Shown: in pieces, positions 19,161 to 28,265 of the stretch
How the letters are laid out: every line of letters starts with the position of its first letter
Position numbering within the stretch: the stretch's first letter is position 1
Source: Fibrobacterales bacterium
Lineage (GTDB): Bacteria; Fibrobacterota; Fibrobacteria; Fibrobacterales; CADBQJ01
Reading direction: 5' to 3'
DNA: 58,557 nt
NCBI GenBank assembly: GCA_017650365.1
Contig: JAGCEZ010000056.1
Location: 1-58,557, forward strand
Translations under genes and position numbers: made by a program
The notes under the pieces: generated by a model
Seen by the model: the letters and a program-made list of their open reading frames with translations, nothing else
The model's database searches: none
What the model was told of the DNA's origin: nothing

Positions 19161-19391
19161 TCAGAACTGCTCCAGGAAGGCGTGGACTTCGGCAGGGACC
19201 CAGGTGTCCTCCCAGCCCCATCCGACGTCCATGTTGCCCGTGTCGTGGGCGGTCCACTGGTGGCCGCCGGGCCAACTGCACCACTTGATCGGGAAGCGCG
19301 GGTCGACCGACTCGAAGTCGTGGCAGACGTGGCCGGTGTTGCCGGAGATTTCCCGGGGCTGTTCGAGATGGGCGGTGTTCGCGTCCCGCAC
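19161..19391 (-). pseudogene. 5'-truncated remnant, C-terminus of a second CE1-like esterase
   Basis: HVCHDF...PIKWCSWPGGH...WVPAEVHAFLEQF parallels the tail of the neighbouring esterase (C..Y..C...VVLC...GGH...WPFLKQF). No nucleophile region, and the frame stops at the 7-bp repeat. Confidence 0.65.
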
Positions 19392-19423
19392 TAATCCCTG
19401 ATCCCTAAGACCTAATCCCTAAT
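19391..19423. repeat. Degenerate 7-bp tandem repeat (CTAATCC)x~4.7
   Basis: CTAATCC CTGATCC CTAAGAC CTAATCC CTAAT fills the whole intergenic gap. Confidence 0.85.
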
Positions 19424-21865
19424 TCAGAAGTTCCCTTCGAAGCCGAACTGGACGAAGAGGCCCATTCCCTTGCCCACGTAGGGCTCGAGGTCGAACTTCT
19501 GGTCGGCGTAGGTCCCGCGGCGCTTCACCTGCCAGCCGCGCTGGCGCTCGTTGTCGCCGCCGAGCCAGCGGAAGGCCTCGGCGTCCACGCCCGCGAAGAG
19601 GTTGTCGAGCTCCAGGTAGAAGCGGATGCTCTTGAGCGGGCGGATCCGGCTCGTGATGTCGAGGTGCAGGCGCAGGTCGGTGCGGAAGGTGCTGATTTCG
19701 CCCTCGTGGCGGATGGTCCGCTCGCCGCCGCCCGATCCGGCGTTGCCCCAGCGGTACTGGTCGACCGCGTAGGCGTAGGTCGGCTGGCCCCACGAGGCGC
19801 GGTGCCTGAGGATGACGGAGAGCAGCGTGTCGGAGCGCGGGTAGAAGCGCAGGGCGCTGTTGACGTCGAGGTCGCGCTGCGCCTCCCAGGGGATCGCGCC
19901 GCCGTCGGCGAGGTAGTAGTCGCCGCGGACCGTGCTGGCGTTGACGGAGAGCAGGAAGCGGTGCGCGGTCCGCCAGTCGACGCCGACGTTCGCGCCGAAG
20001 ACGAAGGCCCGGTCGGCGCTGCGCGTCTCGTCGAAGAACCAGAGCACTTCGGGCGTCGGCAGCTCGGGTTCGAGGTACCAGCGCCCGAACCCGAAGCCGC
20101 GGGCGCGCAGCCGGCCCTTCTCCAGCTCGAGGCCCGAGCGCATCTCGCCGGAGCCGAAGAGCTCGCCTTCGAGCGAGGGCTCGTTCGCCTTCGCGTCGAA
20201 CTTCCCGGGGACGATTCGCGGCTGAGCCTTCCAGCCGGCGTCCGTCTTCCAGTCGAGCCCCTCCGTCAGCGTCCGGGCGACCGAGACCGACAGCTCGGGC
20301 ATCGCCTGGACGTCGGTCGTGGCGACGGCGCCCGCGGAGAGCGCGTTCTTCCAGGCGCCGCCCTTCCAGAGCAGCGTCCCCTGCAGCCGCAGCGAGCCGA
20401 CGCCGGCCTCGGCCTCCTTCAGGAGCGGGGAGTAGTTCTCGTCGCGGGTCTCCGACGTCCACTGCGCGTCTGCGCCGACCGTCGTCGCGGCGCCCAGGAA
20501 CTTCGCCTTGAGCGGGACCTCCGCGCCGCCCTGCAGGGTCCAGGCCGTCCGGTCGAGGTCGCCCAGCAGGTTGGCCTCCTCGCCGTAGATGTTGTCCGAG
20601 CCGTCCTTGCGCGGGGAGCCCGCCGTGCGCGGGATGTAGACCACGGTCGTGTCGTCGCGCCACTTCTCCCTCGAGGTCTCGAAGAAGGCGCCGAAGTGGA
20701 CCCCGAAGCCCTCCGCGTCGGTCCGCTCCCACGAGAGCACGCCCGCGTCGCGGTTCCCCTCGAAGATGCCGAGCCGGGGCCCGTTGTCCGCCGCCGAGAA
20801 GGTGCGCGAGGTGTCCTGCATCACGTCCCAGTCGTCGTGGACCCAGAGGAGCGTGGTCCGCGTGGCCACGCCGTCGGTGTCGAGCGAGTGGAAGTTCAGG
20901 TAGAGGTCGAAGGCGACCAGGTCGAAGTCGGACCCCGTGGAGGTGAGGTCGTCGTCCGCCTTCGCCTCGGCGCCGCGCTTGCGGTATTCGGTGAAGAACC
21001 GGCTGCCGAGGTTGGTCAGGAAGCTGGAGTTGAGCCAGCGGAAGCTCGCCTCGAACCCGTCGCCCCAGAGCCACGGCCCGGAGACGACCGCTTCGGAGAC
21101 GGCGGTCCCCACTCCGACGACGGCGGCGTAACGCTCGGGGTCGGCCTTCGCGGGCCGGAACTGGATCGCCGCCGCGCGCCCGCGGTCCAGGGGGCCGGAG
21201 CCGGGCTCGTCCACGAGCGAGATCCCCTCGAGCACGCGCGGGTTGATGGCGGAGAGGTTGCCCGGGAAGCCGATGTCGATGTGGCGCAGCATCGGGATGC
21301 GCTGCGAGCCGAGGTAGCCGGCGACGTCCTGCGAGCGCGACCCGTAGTGGCTGAGGTTCGAGCTGAACTCCTGCAGGCCCGAGATCCCCGGGAGGAAGGC
21401 GAGGTGCTCCTGGAGGTCGAACTGCATCCCCTGCGTCCGCTCCAGCTCGCGGATGGCCGCCACTTCTACGGTCCGCGGGGCCTCCTCGGCCTCGGCCGTC
21501 ACCTTCTCGCTTTTGAGCTTTTTCGCGCTGCGCTTGAGGAAGACCTGCAGGTCGAGCGGGTCGGGGTAGTCGTCGAGGGAGAAGGAGAGGGTTTCGTAGC
21601 CCGGCTTCTCCGCGCGGAGCTTCGCCCCCTTGGCGGGGACTTCGGCCTCGAACCGGCCCTGGCGGTCGGCGGTCGCCAGCTCCTTGCCCGATTCGAAGAG
21701 GATTTTGGCGTAGGAGACGGGGGAGTCGTCGCTCCGGTCGAGGACCACGCCGCGCACGTCCACGGCCTGGGCCAGGACCGGCGCGCAGAGCGCCAGGGCG
21801 CAGAGCGCGGCCAGGCGGAGGGGGCGGGGGGCCGGGCGGCCCTTTTCCCGGGGGCGGAAAAACAT
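19424..21865 (-). CDS. TonB-dependent-receptor-like outer membrane protein with N-terminal carboxypeptidase-regulatory-like domain
   Basis: Signal peptide; VRGVVLD...TADRQGRF...GYET domain; plug-like LAFLPGISG; alternating beta-strands; terminal Phe. Confidence 0.7.
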   Translation of the reverse strand: MFFRPREKGRPAPRPLRLAALCALALCAPVLAQAVDVRGVVLDRSDDSPVSYAKILFESGKELATADRQGRFEAEVPAKGAKLRAEKPGYETLSFSLDDYPDPLDLQVFLKRSAKKLKSEKVTAEAEEAPRTVEVAAIRELERTQGMQFDLQEHLAFLPGISGLQEFSSNLSHYGSRSQDVAGYLGSQRIPMLRHIDIGFPGNLSAINPRVLEGISLVDEPGSGPLDRGRAAAIQFRPAKADPERYAAVVGVGTAVSEAVVSGPWLWGDGFEASFRWLNSSFLTNLGSRFFTEYRKRGAEAKADDDLTSTGSDFDLVAFDLYLNFHSLDTDGVATRTTLLWVHDDWDVMQDTSRTFSAADNGPRLGIFEGNRDAGVLSWERTDAEGFGVHFGAFFETSREKWRDDTTVVYIPRTAGSPRKDGSDNIYGEEANLLGDLDRTAWTLQGGAEVPLKAKFLGAATTVGADAQWTSETRDENYSPLLKEAEAGVGSLRLQGTLLWKGGAWKNALSAGAVATTDVQAMPELSVSVARTLTEGLDWKTDAGWKAQPRIVPGKFDAKANEPSLEGELFGSGEMRSGLELEKGRLRARGFGFGRWYLEPELPTPEVLWFFDETRSADRAFVFGANVGVDWRTAHRFLLSVNASTVRGDYYLADGGAIPWEAQRDLDVNSALRFYPRSDTLLSVILRHRASWGQPTYAYAVDQYRWGNAGSGGGERTIRHEGEISTFRTDLRLHLDITSRIRPLKSIRFYLELDNLFAGVDAEAFRWLGGDNERQRGWQVKRRGTYADQKFDLEPYVGKGMGLFVQFGFEGNF

Positions 21866-21901
21866 CCTTCCAAAGATACCTTTTGTAAATTTGAAGGCAC
21901 T

Positions 21902-23179
21902 ATGCTAGACATCAAACGCCTTCGCGAAAATCCCGACGAAATCCAGGCCCAGGCCAAAGCCAAGGGCGTGGACACCGACATCCGCGCCATCCTGGCCCTC
22001 GACGACCGCCGCAAGGGGATCCTGGCCGAGGTGGAGGAGCTCAAGGCCCGCCGCAATTCCGCCTCCAAGAAGATCGGCGAACTGAAGCGCACGGGCGGCG
22101 ACGCCCAGGCCGCCATGGACGAAGTGGCCTCCATCAAGGGCCGCATCGACGAGCTCGACGGCCAGCAGACCGAGGTCGAGGCGAAGATCCGCGAGGCGAT
22201 GAGCTACATCCCCAACATCCCGCAGCCGGGCGTGCCCGAGGGGAAGAGCTCCGAGGACAACGTCGAGGTCCGCGTCTGGGGCGAAGAGCCCGCCGATTCC
22301 TTCGAACGGATCGACCACAAGACCTTCGGCGAAAAGCTCGGCCTCTTCGACTTCGAGCGCGGCGCCAAGATCTCCGGCTCCGGCTTCCCGGTCTACACCG
22401 GCATGGGCGCCCGCCTGGAACGCGCGCTCATCTCCTACTTCATCGACACGCTGACCTCCGAGTTCGGCTACGTCGAGGTGCTCCCCCCGCACATGGTCAA
22501 CGAGATCACGCTCTTCGGCACCAGCCAGCTGCCGAAGTTCCGCGACCAGCTCTACACCATCCCCGAGGACGGGCTCTTCATGATCCCCACGGCCGAAGTG
22601 CCCGTGACCAACCTGCACGCCCGCGAAGTGATGCGCGAGGAGCAGCTGCCGACCCGCTACTGCGCCTACACCCCCTGCTTCCGCCGCGAAGCCGGCTCCT
22701 GGGGCCGCGAGGTGCGCGGGTTCCTCCGCCTGCACCAGTTCGACAAGGTGGAGATGGTGCAGTTCGCACGCCCCGAGGACTCGAACCGGATCCACCAGGA
22801 GATGGTCGAGCACGCCCAGCGCCTGCTGAAGGGGCTCGGCCTGCGCCACCGCGTGATCGAGCTCTGCAAGGGCGACCTCGGGTTCGGCGCCGCGCGCTGC
22901 TACGACGTCGAGGTCTGGAGCCCGGTCGAGAAGAAGTGGCTCGAAAGCTCCTCGGTCTCGAACTTCGAGGACTTCCAGGCCCGCCGCGCCGAGATCCGCT
23001 ACAAGTCGAAGGCCGACGGCAAGGTCCGCTTCGTCCACACGCTCAACGGCTCCGGCCTGGCCACGCCGCGCGTGATCGTGGCGCTGCTCGACACCTACCA
23101 GCAGCCCGACGGCTCGCTCGTGATTCCCGAGGTCCTGCGCCCCGCCATGGGGACGGACCGCATCGAACCCAAGGCCTAG
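21902..23179 (+). CDS. serS: Serine--tRNA ligase
   Basis: MLDIKRLREN coiled coil, IPTAEVP, CFRREAGS, RLHQFDKVE, HTLNGSGLA. Confidence 0.98.
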   Translation: MLDIKRLRENPDEIQAQAKAKGVDTDIRAILALDDRRKGILAEVEELKARRNSASKKIGELKRTGGDAQAAMDEVASIKGRIDELDGQQTEVEAKIREAMSYIPNIPQPGVPEGKSSEDNVEVRVWGEEPADSFERIDHKTFGEKLGLFDFERGAKISGSGFPVYTGMGARLERALISYFIDTLTSEFGYVEVLPPHMVNEITLFGTSQLPKFRDQLYTIPEDGLFMIPTAEVPVTNLHAREVMREEQLPTRYCAYTPCFRREAGSWGREVRGFLRLHQFDKVEMVQFARPEDSNRIHQEMVEHAQRLLKGLGLRHRVIELCKGDLGFGAARCYDVEVWSPVEKKWLESSSVSNFEDFQARRAEIRYKSKADGKVRFVHTLNGSGLATPRVIVALLDTYQQPDGSLVIPEVLRPAMGTDRIEPKA

Positions 23180-23192
23180 GGGCTCCCCCGGG

Positions 23193-23981
23193 ATGTCGGC
23201 TCTCGCGCTTCCGGACGTCTTCGCCGCGATGGTCGGCCGGGAGATCCGCAAGCTCTTCGGCCAGCTCCGGCGGTTCCTGCGCTTCCAGCGCGAGGTGCTG
23301 AAGACGGCGCCCTACGTGCCGCTCCACCCGTCGTTCCTGGTCGAGCAGCTCTACATCATCGGCATCACCTCGATCCCGCTGATCTGCATCACCTCCACGT
23401 TCACGGGGATGGTCTTCTCGTGGCAGATGGCCTACCAGCTCGCCGGGCTCGCGCCCGACATCTACATCGGCGTGGCCGTGGGCAAGTCGGTGATGGTGGA
23501 GCTGGGGCCGGTGCTGGTCTCGATGGTGATGTGCGGGCGAATCGGCGCGGCGATGTGCGCCGAGCTGGGCACGATGGCGGTGACCGAGCAGCTGGACGCG
23601 ATGAAGTGCCTCAACCTCAGCCCCTACCGCTACCTTCTCGCGCCGCGCGTGGTCGCCGCGATGATCATGCTCCCGGTGCTGACGATCGTCGCCTCGCTCA
23701 TCTCGATCCTCAGCGGCTGGGCCGTGGCCTGGCTCGGGCGCGACGTCCCCTTCGACATCTTCATGAAGGGCGTGCGGATGTTCTACGACGACTGGGACAT
23801 GACCGTCGGCCTGATCAAGAGCCTGGCGAGCGGCTACATCATCGCGATCTACGCCTGCTACTTCGGCTACACCACGACCAACGGCGCCGAGGGCGTGGGC
23901 CGCTCCACGAAGGCCGCCGTGGTCGCCTCGATGACCTCGGTGCTGATCGCGGCGTTCGTCCTTTCGGAGATCCTGCTCTGA
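23193..23981 (+). CDS. mlaE: MlaE family ABC transporter permease
   Basis: ELGPVL...GRIGAAMCAELGTMAVTEQLDA, GAEGVGRST. Confidence 0.9.
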   Translation: MSALALPDVFAAMVGREIRKLFGQLRRFLRFQREVLKTAPYVPLHPSFLVEQLYIIGITSIPLICITSTFTGMVFSWQMAYQLAGLAPDIYIGVAVGKSVMVELGPVLVSMVMCGRIGAAMCAELGTMAVTEQLDAMKCLNLSPYRYLLAPRVVAAMIMLPVLTIVASLISILSGWAVAWLGRDVPFDIFMKGVRMFYDDWDMTVGLIKSLASGYIIAIYACYFGYTTTNGAEGVGRSTKAAVVASMTSVLIAAFVLSEILL

Positions 23982-23993
23982 CGGGGCGGCGCC

Positions 23994-25568
23994 ATGGCTG
24001 AAGGGAAGCTGCCCAGTTCGAGGAGCCTGACCGTCGGGACGCTGCTGATCGCCGGGTCGAACGTCCTGAGCCGCCTGCTCGGCCTCGCCCGCGACGCGCT
24101 GCTGGCCCGCGCCGGCGGGACCTCGTTCCAGACCGACGCCTACAACATCGCCTTCCTGCTGCCCGACCTCCTGAACCACTTCCTCGGCGCGGGGCTCCTC
24201 TCCATCACGCTGATCCCGCTGCTCACGCCCGCGTTCAAGCGCGACGACCTCGACGGCGTCTCGCGCACGGTCTCCGAGATCTTCGGCGTGGTCTTCGGAG
24301 CCGTGACGCTCCTCGCGCTCCTCTGCTTCCTCTTCGCCGGAGAGATCGTGCCGCACCTGACCGAGCAGGCGCTCCCGCCCGAGACGCTCGCGCTCACGAT
24401 CCGCTACACGCGCATCCTCGTCTTCGCGCAGATCTTCTTCGTCGCGGGCGGGTTCCTGATGGCGGTGCAGTACGGGCGTTACAGGTACGCGATCCCCGCG
24501 CTCGCGCCGCTGGTCTACAACGCCTCGATCATCGCGGGCGGCGCGGTCGCCCTGGCCACGGGCGACGTCGCGTGCTTCTGCTGGGGCGTGCTCTTCGGCG
24601 CCTTCGCGGGGAACTTCGGGATCCAGTGGTTCGGCGCGCGGCGCGCGGGCCTGAGGCTCCGCCCCGTGGTCGACTTCCGGAGCCCGGCCCTGCGCCGCTA
24701 CCTCTGGCTGACGCTCCCGTTCGTCTTCGGCGCTGGCGCGACCTTCTCGAACGAGCTGGCCTACCGCTACTTCGGCGGCGCGGGCGAGGGGAACGTGGCC
24801 GGGCTGGGGTTCGGGCTGCGCATCATGATGTCGCTCGTCGGCGTCTTCGGCGGCGCCGCGGGCGTCGCCTCGTATCCGGTCCTGGCGCGCCACTGCGACG
24901 ACGGGGACTGGGAGGGGCTGGCGAAGCGCGTGGCGACCACGCTCGAGCGGATCTTCTGCCTGCTCGTGCCGGCGACGCTCGCGATCGGACTGCTGGCGCC
25001 CGAGGCGGTCTCGCTCTACCTGGGCGGCGGGAAGTTCGGCGACGAGTCGGTGCGGAGCGTGGTGCGCGCGCTGCGGTTCTACCTCCCGGTCGCGGTCCCG
25101 ATGAGCGCGACGCTGATCGTCGCGCGCTCCTTCTACGCCTCGAAGGACACCTGGACGCCCTCGCTCCTGACGCTGGGCGCCTTCCTCGCCACGCTTCCCT
25201 TCTACGCCCTCTTCGGGGAGGAACTCGGCGACGTCCGCGTCCCGGTCCTCTCCTTCGCGACGGCGCTCCTCCAGATCTCCCTCCTCGGAATCTTCTGGGC
25301 GCGCCGCCATCCCTCCCGGGAGCATCTGCGCCCGATCTTCGCGCTGCTGAAGATGGCCCTCCCCATGGCGCTGCTCGCCTGGGGCGCGTCGCGCGGGCTG
25401 GAGCTCTGGAACCGGCCGGAGAACGGCCTGCTCTTCTTCCTGGAACTCGCGCTCCTGGGGTGCGGGCTCTACCTCCTCTCCCTGCTGCTGCTCTGGCCGC
25501 TGCGCATTCCCGGATTCCAGGAGTGGACGGCGGCCCTGAAGCGGAAGGCGCTGCGGAGGCGTTGCTAA
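23994..25568 (+). CDS. murJ: Lipid II flippase MurJ/MviN
   Basis: SRLLGLARD, DAYNIAFLLPD, many TM helices, FYASKDTWTP. Confidence 0.9.
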   Translation: MAEGKLPSSRSLTVGTLLIAGSNVLSRLLGLARDALLARAGGTSFQTDAYNIAFLLPDLLNHFLGAGLLSITLIPLLTPAFKRDDLDGVSRTVSEIFGVVFGAVTLLALLCFLFAGEIVPHLTEQALPPETLALTIRYTRILVFAQIFFVAGGFLMAVQYGRYRYAIPALAPLVYNASIIAGGAVALATGDVACFCWGVLFGAFAGNFGIQWFGARRAGLRLRPVVDFRSPALRRYLWLTLPFVFGAGATFSNELAYRYFGGAGEGNVAGLGFGLRIMMSLVGVFGGAAGVASYPVLARHCDDGDWEGLAKRVATTLERIFCLLVPATLAIGLLAPEAVSLYLGGGKFGDESVRSVVRALRFYLPVAVPMSATLIVARSFYASKDTWTPSLLTLGAFLATLPFYALFGEELGDVRVPVLSFATALLQISLLGIFWARRHPSREHLRPIFALLKMALPMALLAWGASRGLELWNRPENGLLFFLELALLGCGLYLLSLLLLWPLRIPGFQEWTAALKRKALRRRC

Positions 25569-25601
25569 ATTGTCCGGAGAACCTCCGGAGATGGAGTCGA
25601 A

Positions 25602-27437
25602 ATGCGCGCTCTGAACATCCTTCTGGTCCTCTGCCTGGCGTTCCCGCTCTTCGCGGGCGAACCCGAAACGCGTCTCGCCAAGGCGGCGCAGCTCGTCGCG
25701 CAGGGGAGGGACGCCGAGGCGATCCCCGACCTGCAGTGGGTTTCCGCGAAGTCCTGGCGCAACGGGACGGGCGAACGCGCCACGGTCCTGCTGATCGAGG
25801 CCTCGCTGCGCGCCGGGAAGTTCGACGAGGCCTCGCAGCTCGCCGACCGCTTCCTGAACTACCGCTCCAACAGCGCCTACGGTCCCCGCGTGGAGTGGGC
25901 GAAGGCCCGCCTCCTGCTCCGCGGCGGCGAATTCTTCGCCTCCGCGCGGAGCATGGCCGCGCTGCTGGCCCGTCCGCTCTCCGCCACGCTGCGCGGCGAG
26001 GTCACGGACCAGTTCCGCCGCCTCTTCGCCTCGGACGTCCTCTCCCCGCTTGAACTCGAGGCGCTCCTGCGCCGCGGGATCCCGGACGCCACGCTGACCG
26101 GCGACCTGCTCTGGAACCTCGGGTCCGCGCTGGAGCGCCAGGAAAGATGGCGCGGCGCCGTCTGGCACTACGGCTGGCTCGCGTCCGAGTTCCCGGACCA
26201 CCCCAGGGCCGCGGACGCGCGCACGCACGCCGCCGCGCTCGAGGGCAAGGGCCTCGGCCGCCCCGTGGTCCTCGTCGTCGCGCCGCTCACGGGCGATCTC
26301 GCGCCCTACGGCAACGACCTCCTGCAGGGCGCGGTGCTCGCGCTTGAGCAGAGCGGCCGGGGAGACGCGATCTCCTGGCGCGCGGTCGACGGCAAGGGGC
26401 AGCCCTCCGAGACCATCCGCGCGGTGAAGGAGGCGATGTCGCAGGAGAACGTCGTCGCGGTGGTCGGGCCGATCCTCAGCCCGGTCTCCTCCGCGCTCGC
26501 CGGCTGGATGTCGGGCGCGGCGCCCGGCGTTCCGCTCGTCGTCCCCTCCGCCAACGGCGAGAACGTCGCCGCGCTCGGCGCCAACGTCTTCCAGCTCTCC
26601 GTCCCGCTCTCCGACCTCGCGCGCGGCGTCGCCCGCCACGCGATGGAGTGCCGCAACCTCCGCGAGTTCGCCGTGCTCGCCCCCCGGACCTCCTACGGCA
26701 ACGCCATGGCCGAGGCCTTCGTGGACGAAGTGGAGAACGCGGGCGGCCTGGTCGTCGGCGCGGAACGGTACCAGGAGGGGCTTCCGGACTACAAGGCCCA
26801 GTTCGACGCGCTGCGCCTCAAGGGCTACAAGCTGCTGACCGACCGCCGCGCCATCGCCGCGGGCAAGACCGCGGCGGCCAAGGAGAAGAGCCCCAAGGCG
26901 CGCCACGCGTTCCTCGCCGACTCCGCGATCGTCGTGGACGGCGTCTTCATCGCGGCCAGCGACCCGGCCGACGCGCTCCAGCTGGCGCAGATGACGCGCC
27001 ACTACATGATCAAGGGCGAGCTCTTCGGCTCCTCGGGCTGGTACGGGTCGTCGCTCCTCCGCGGCGACGGGCGCAAGCTGGTGGAGTCGGCGGTCTTCTC
27101 GTCCGACTTCCTCGAACGCTCCGACGATTCCACGTGGACGAAGTTCGACGAGGCCTACCGCAAGCGCTGGGGCTCGGCCCCGGGCCAGGACCGCGTCGCG
27201 GGCCTCGGCTACGACGCGATGCGCCTCGTGCTGCGCGGCGAGAAGCTGGCCGCGGGCGGCGACCTCGTGGCGGCCATGCGGACCGTCCGCCGGATCCCCG
27301 GCGTCTACGGCGGCATCGAGCTCGACCCCGCCACGGGCGGCAACTCCAAGGTGCACCTCGTGCGCGTCGAGGAGGGCCGCTTCAAGGTGCTCGAAGGCTG
27401 CGGCGAACCTCCCGCCGCCGCCCCCGCCGCGAAGTAG
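25602..27437 (+). CDS. LpoA/LppC-like protein (TPR region plus periplasmic-binding-protein fold)
   Basis: Signal peptide, helical TPR-like N-half, then APLTG..YG, VVGPILS, LGYDA, GVYGGI. Confidence 0.72.
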   Translation: MRALNILLVLCLAFPLFAGEPETRLAKAAQLVAQGRDAEAIPDLQWVSAKSWRNGTGERATVLLIEASLRAGKFDEASQLADRFLNYRSNSAYGPRVEWAKARLLLRGGEFFASARSMAALLARPLSATLRGEVTDQFRRLFASDVLSPLELEALLRRGIPDATLTGDLLWNLGSALERQERWRGAVWHYGWLASEFPDHPRAADARTHAAALEGKGLGRPVVLVVAPLTGDLAPYGNDLLQGAVLALEQSGRGDAISWRAVDGKGQPSETIRAVKEAMSQENVVAVVGPILSPVSSALAGWMSGAAPGVPLVVPSANGENVAALGANVFQLSVPLSDLARGVARHAMECRNLREFAVLAPRTSYGNAMAEAFVDEVENAGGLVVGAERYQEGLPDYKAQFDALRLKGYKLLTDRRAIAAGKTAAAKEKSPKARHAFLADSAIVVDGVFIAASDPADALQLAQMTRHYMIKGELFGSSGWYGSSLLRGDGRKLVESAVFSSDFLERSDDSTWTKFDEAYRKRWGSAPGQDRVAGLGYDAMRLVLRGEKLAAGGDLVAAMRTVRRIPGVYGGIELDPATGGNSKVHLVRVEEGRFKVLEGCGEPPAAAPAAK

Positions 27438-27440
27438 CGG

Positions 27441-28265
27441 TCACTTGAAATTGTACGTGTGCTCGTAGAGCATCTTCCCGTAGTTCTTCTCTTCGGGGAC
27501 GTTGTCGTAGATGTTGCGGCGCTGGCCCTTGGGGTCGTGGACCGGGTCGATGGGGTCGACGTCGAAGAAGAACTTCTTGCGGACCCAGTACCAGACCTTC
27601 GTCCCGGCGCTGTCGGTCTTGACGGGGAACCCGCTCCACCCCTTGACCGCGCGGATGGTGTGGTAGGCGAACTTGAGGTCGCCGCGGATCTGCAGCGGCA
27701 CGGCGTTCTCGACGTTCCCGAGCGTGTCGACCAGGATGCCGATCTCGACCATGCCGGGGCGCCCGGCGTGGCGCATTTCGAGCGGATAGTCGGGGAGCTT
27801 GTTCCCGAGCGAGTCCACCGTGTTCGCCTGCTCGATCCCGACGCCCGCGGGCTCGACCGATTCGGACTTCCAGAGCGGCGGGATCGTGTCGGGCTTGCGC
27901 GGGTCGGCGGGCAGCGCGAGGTCGCGCTCGGAGGGCCTGAGCACGCGGTCGGGCGCCTTCCTCGCCACGCGCCGCTTGACCGGAATGCTCCAGTGCTTCG
28001 GCGCCTCGGGCGCGGGCGGTTCCTCCTCGGCGACCTCTTCGGGGACGGGCGCCGGCGCGGGACGCTCCCTCCTCGGCTTCGGCGGCGGGGGAGGCGGCGG
28101 TTCGGGCGTCTCGACGGAGAACTCGACGTGGATCTCGGCCTTCGGTTCCTTCCGCTCCCCGGTCTCGAGCGAGGAGAACTGCAGGAAGAGCAGCAGGAAA
28201 AGATGCGCGGCCGCCGAGAAGGCGAGGATGGCCCGGTGCGTCTTTTTGCCGTAGATCCGGATCAT
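27441..28265 (-). CDS. Energy transducer TonB family protein
   Basis: TM with S...H motif (FSAAAH), Pro-rich linker, C-terminal domain PDYP...GMVEIGILVDTLGNV. Confidence 0.75.
   Translation of the reverse strand: MIRIYGKKTHRAILAFSAAAHLFLLLFLQFSSLETGERKEPKAEIHVEFSVETPEPPPPPPPKPRRERPAPAPVPEEVAEEEPPAPEAPKHWSIPVKRRVARKAPDRVLRPSERDLALPADPRKPDTIPPLWKSESVEPAGVGIEQANTVDSLGNKLPDYPLEMRHAGRPGMVEIGILVDTLGNVENAVPLQIRGDLKFAYHTIRAVKGWSGFPVKTDSAGTKVWYWVRKKFFFDVDPIDPVHDPKGQRRNIYDNVPEEKNYGKMLYEHTYNFK

Noticed and set aside
19391-19423. Telomere-like TTAGGG reading or mini-CRISPR
   Set aside because: The period is 7 rather than 6, it has no spacers, and no cas genes are present.
19664-21901. Apparent ~750-aa N-terminal extension of SerS
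   Set aside because: It is antisense to the receptor-like gene; SerS begins at the canonical MLDIK with its own promoter element.
23043-27356. 1437-aa antisense ORF and many similar Arg/Pro/Gly-rich overlapping ORFs
   Set aside because: These are stop-poor shadow frames typical of high GC3, with no recognisable motifs.
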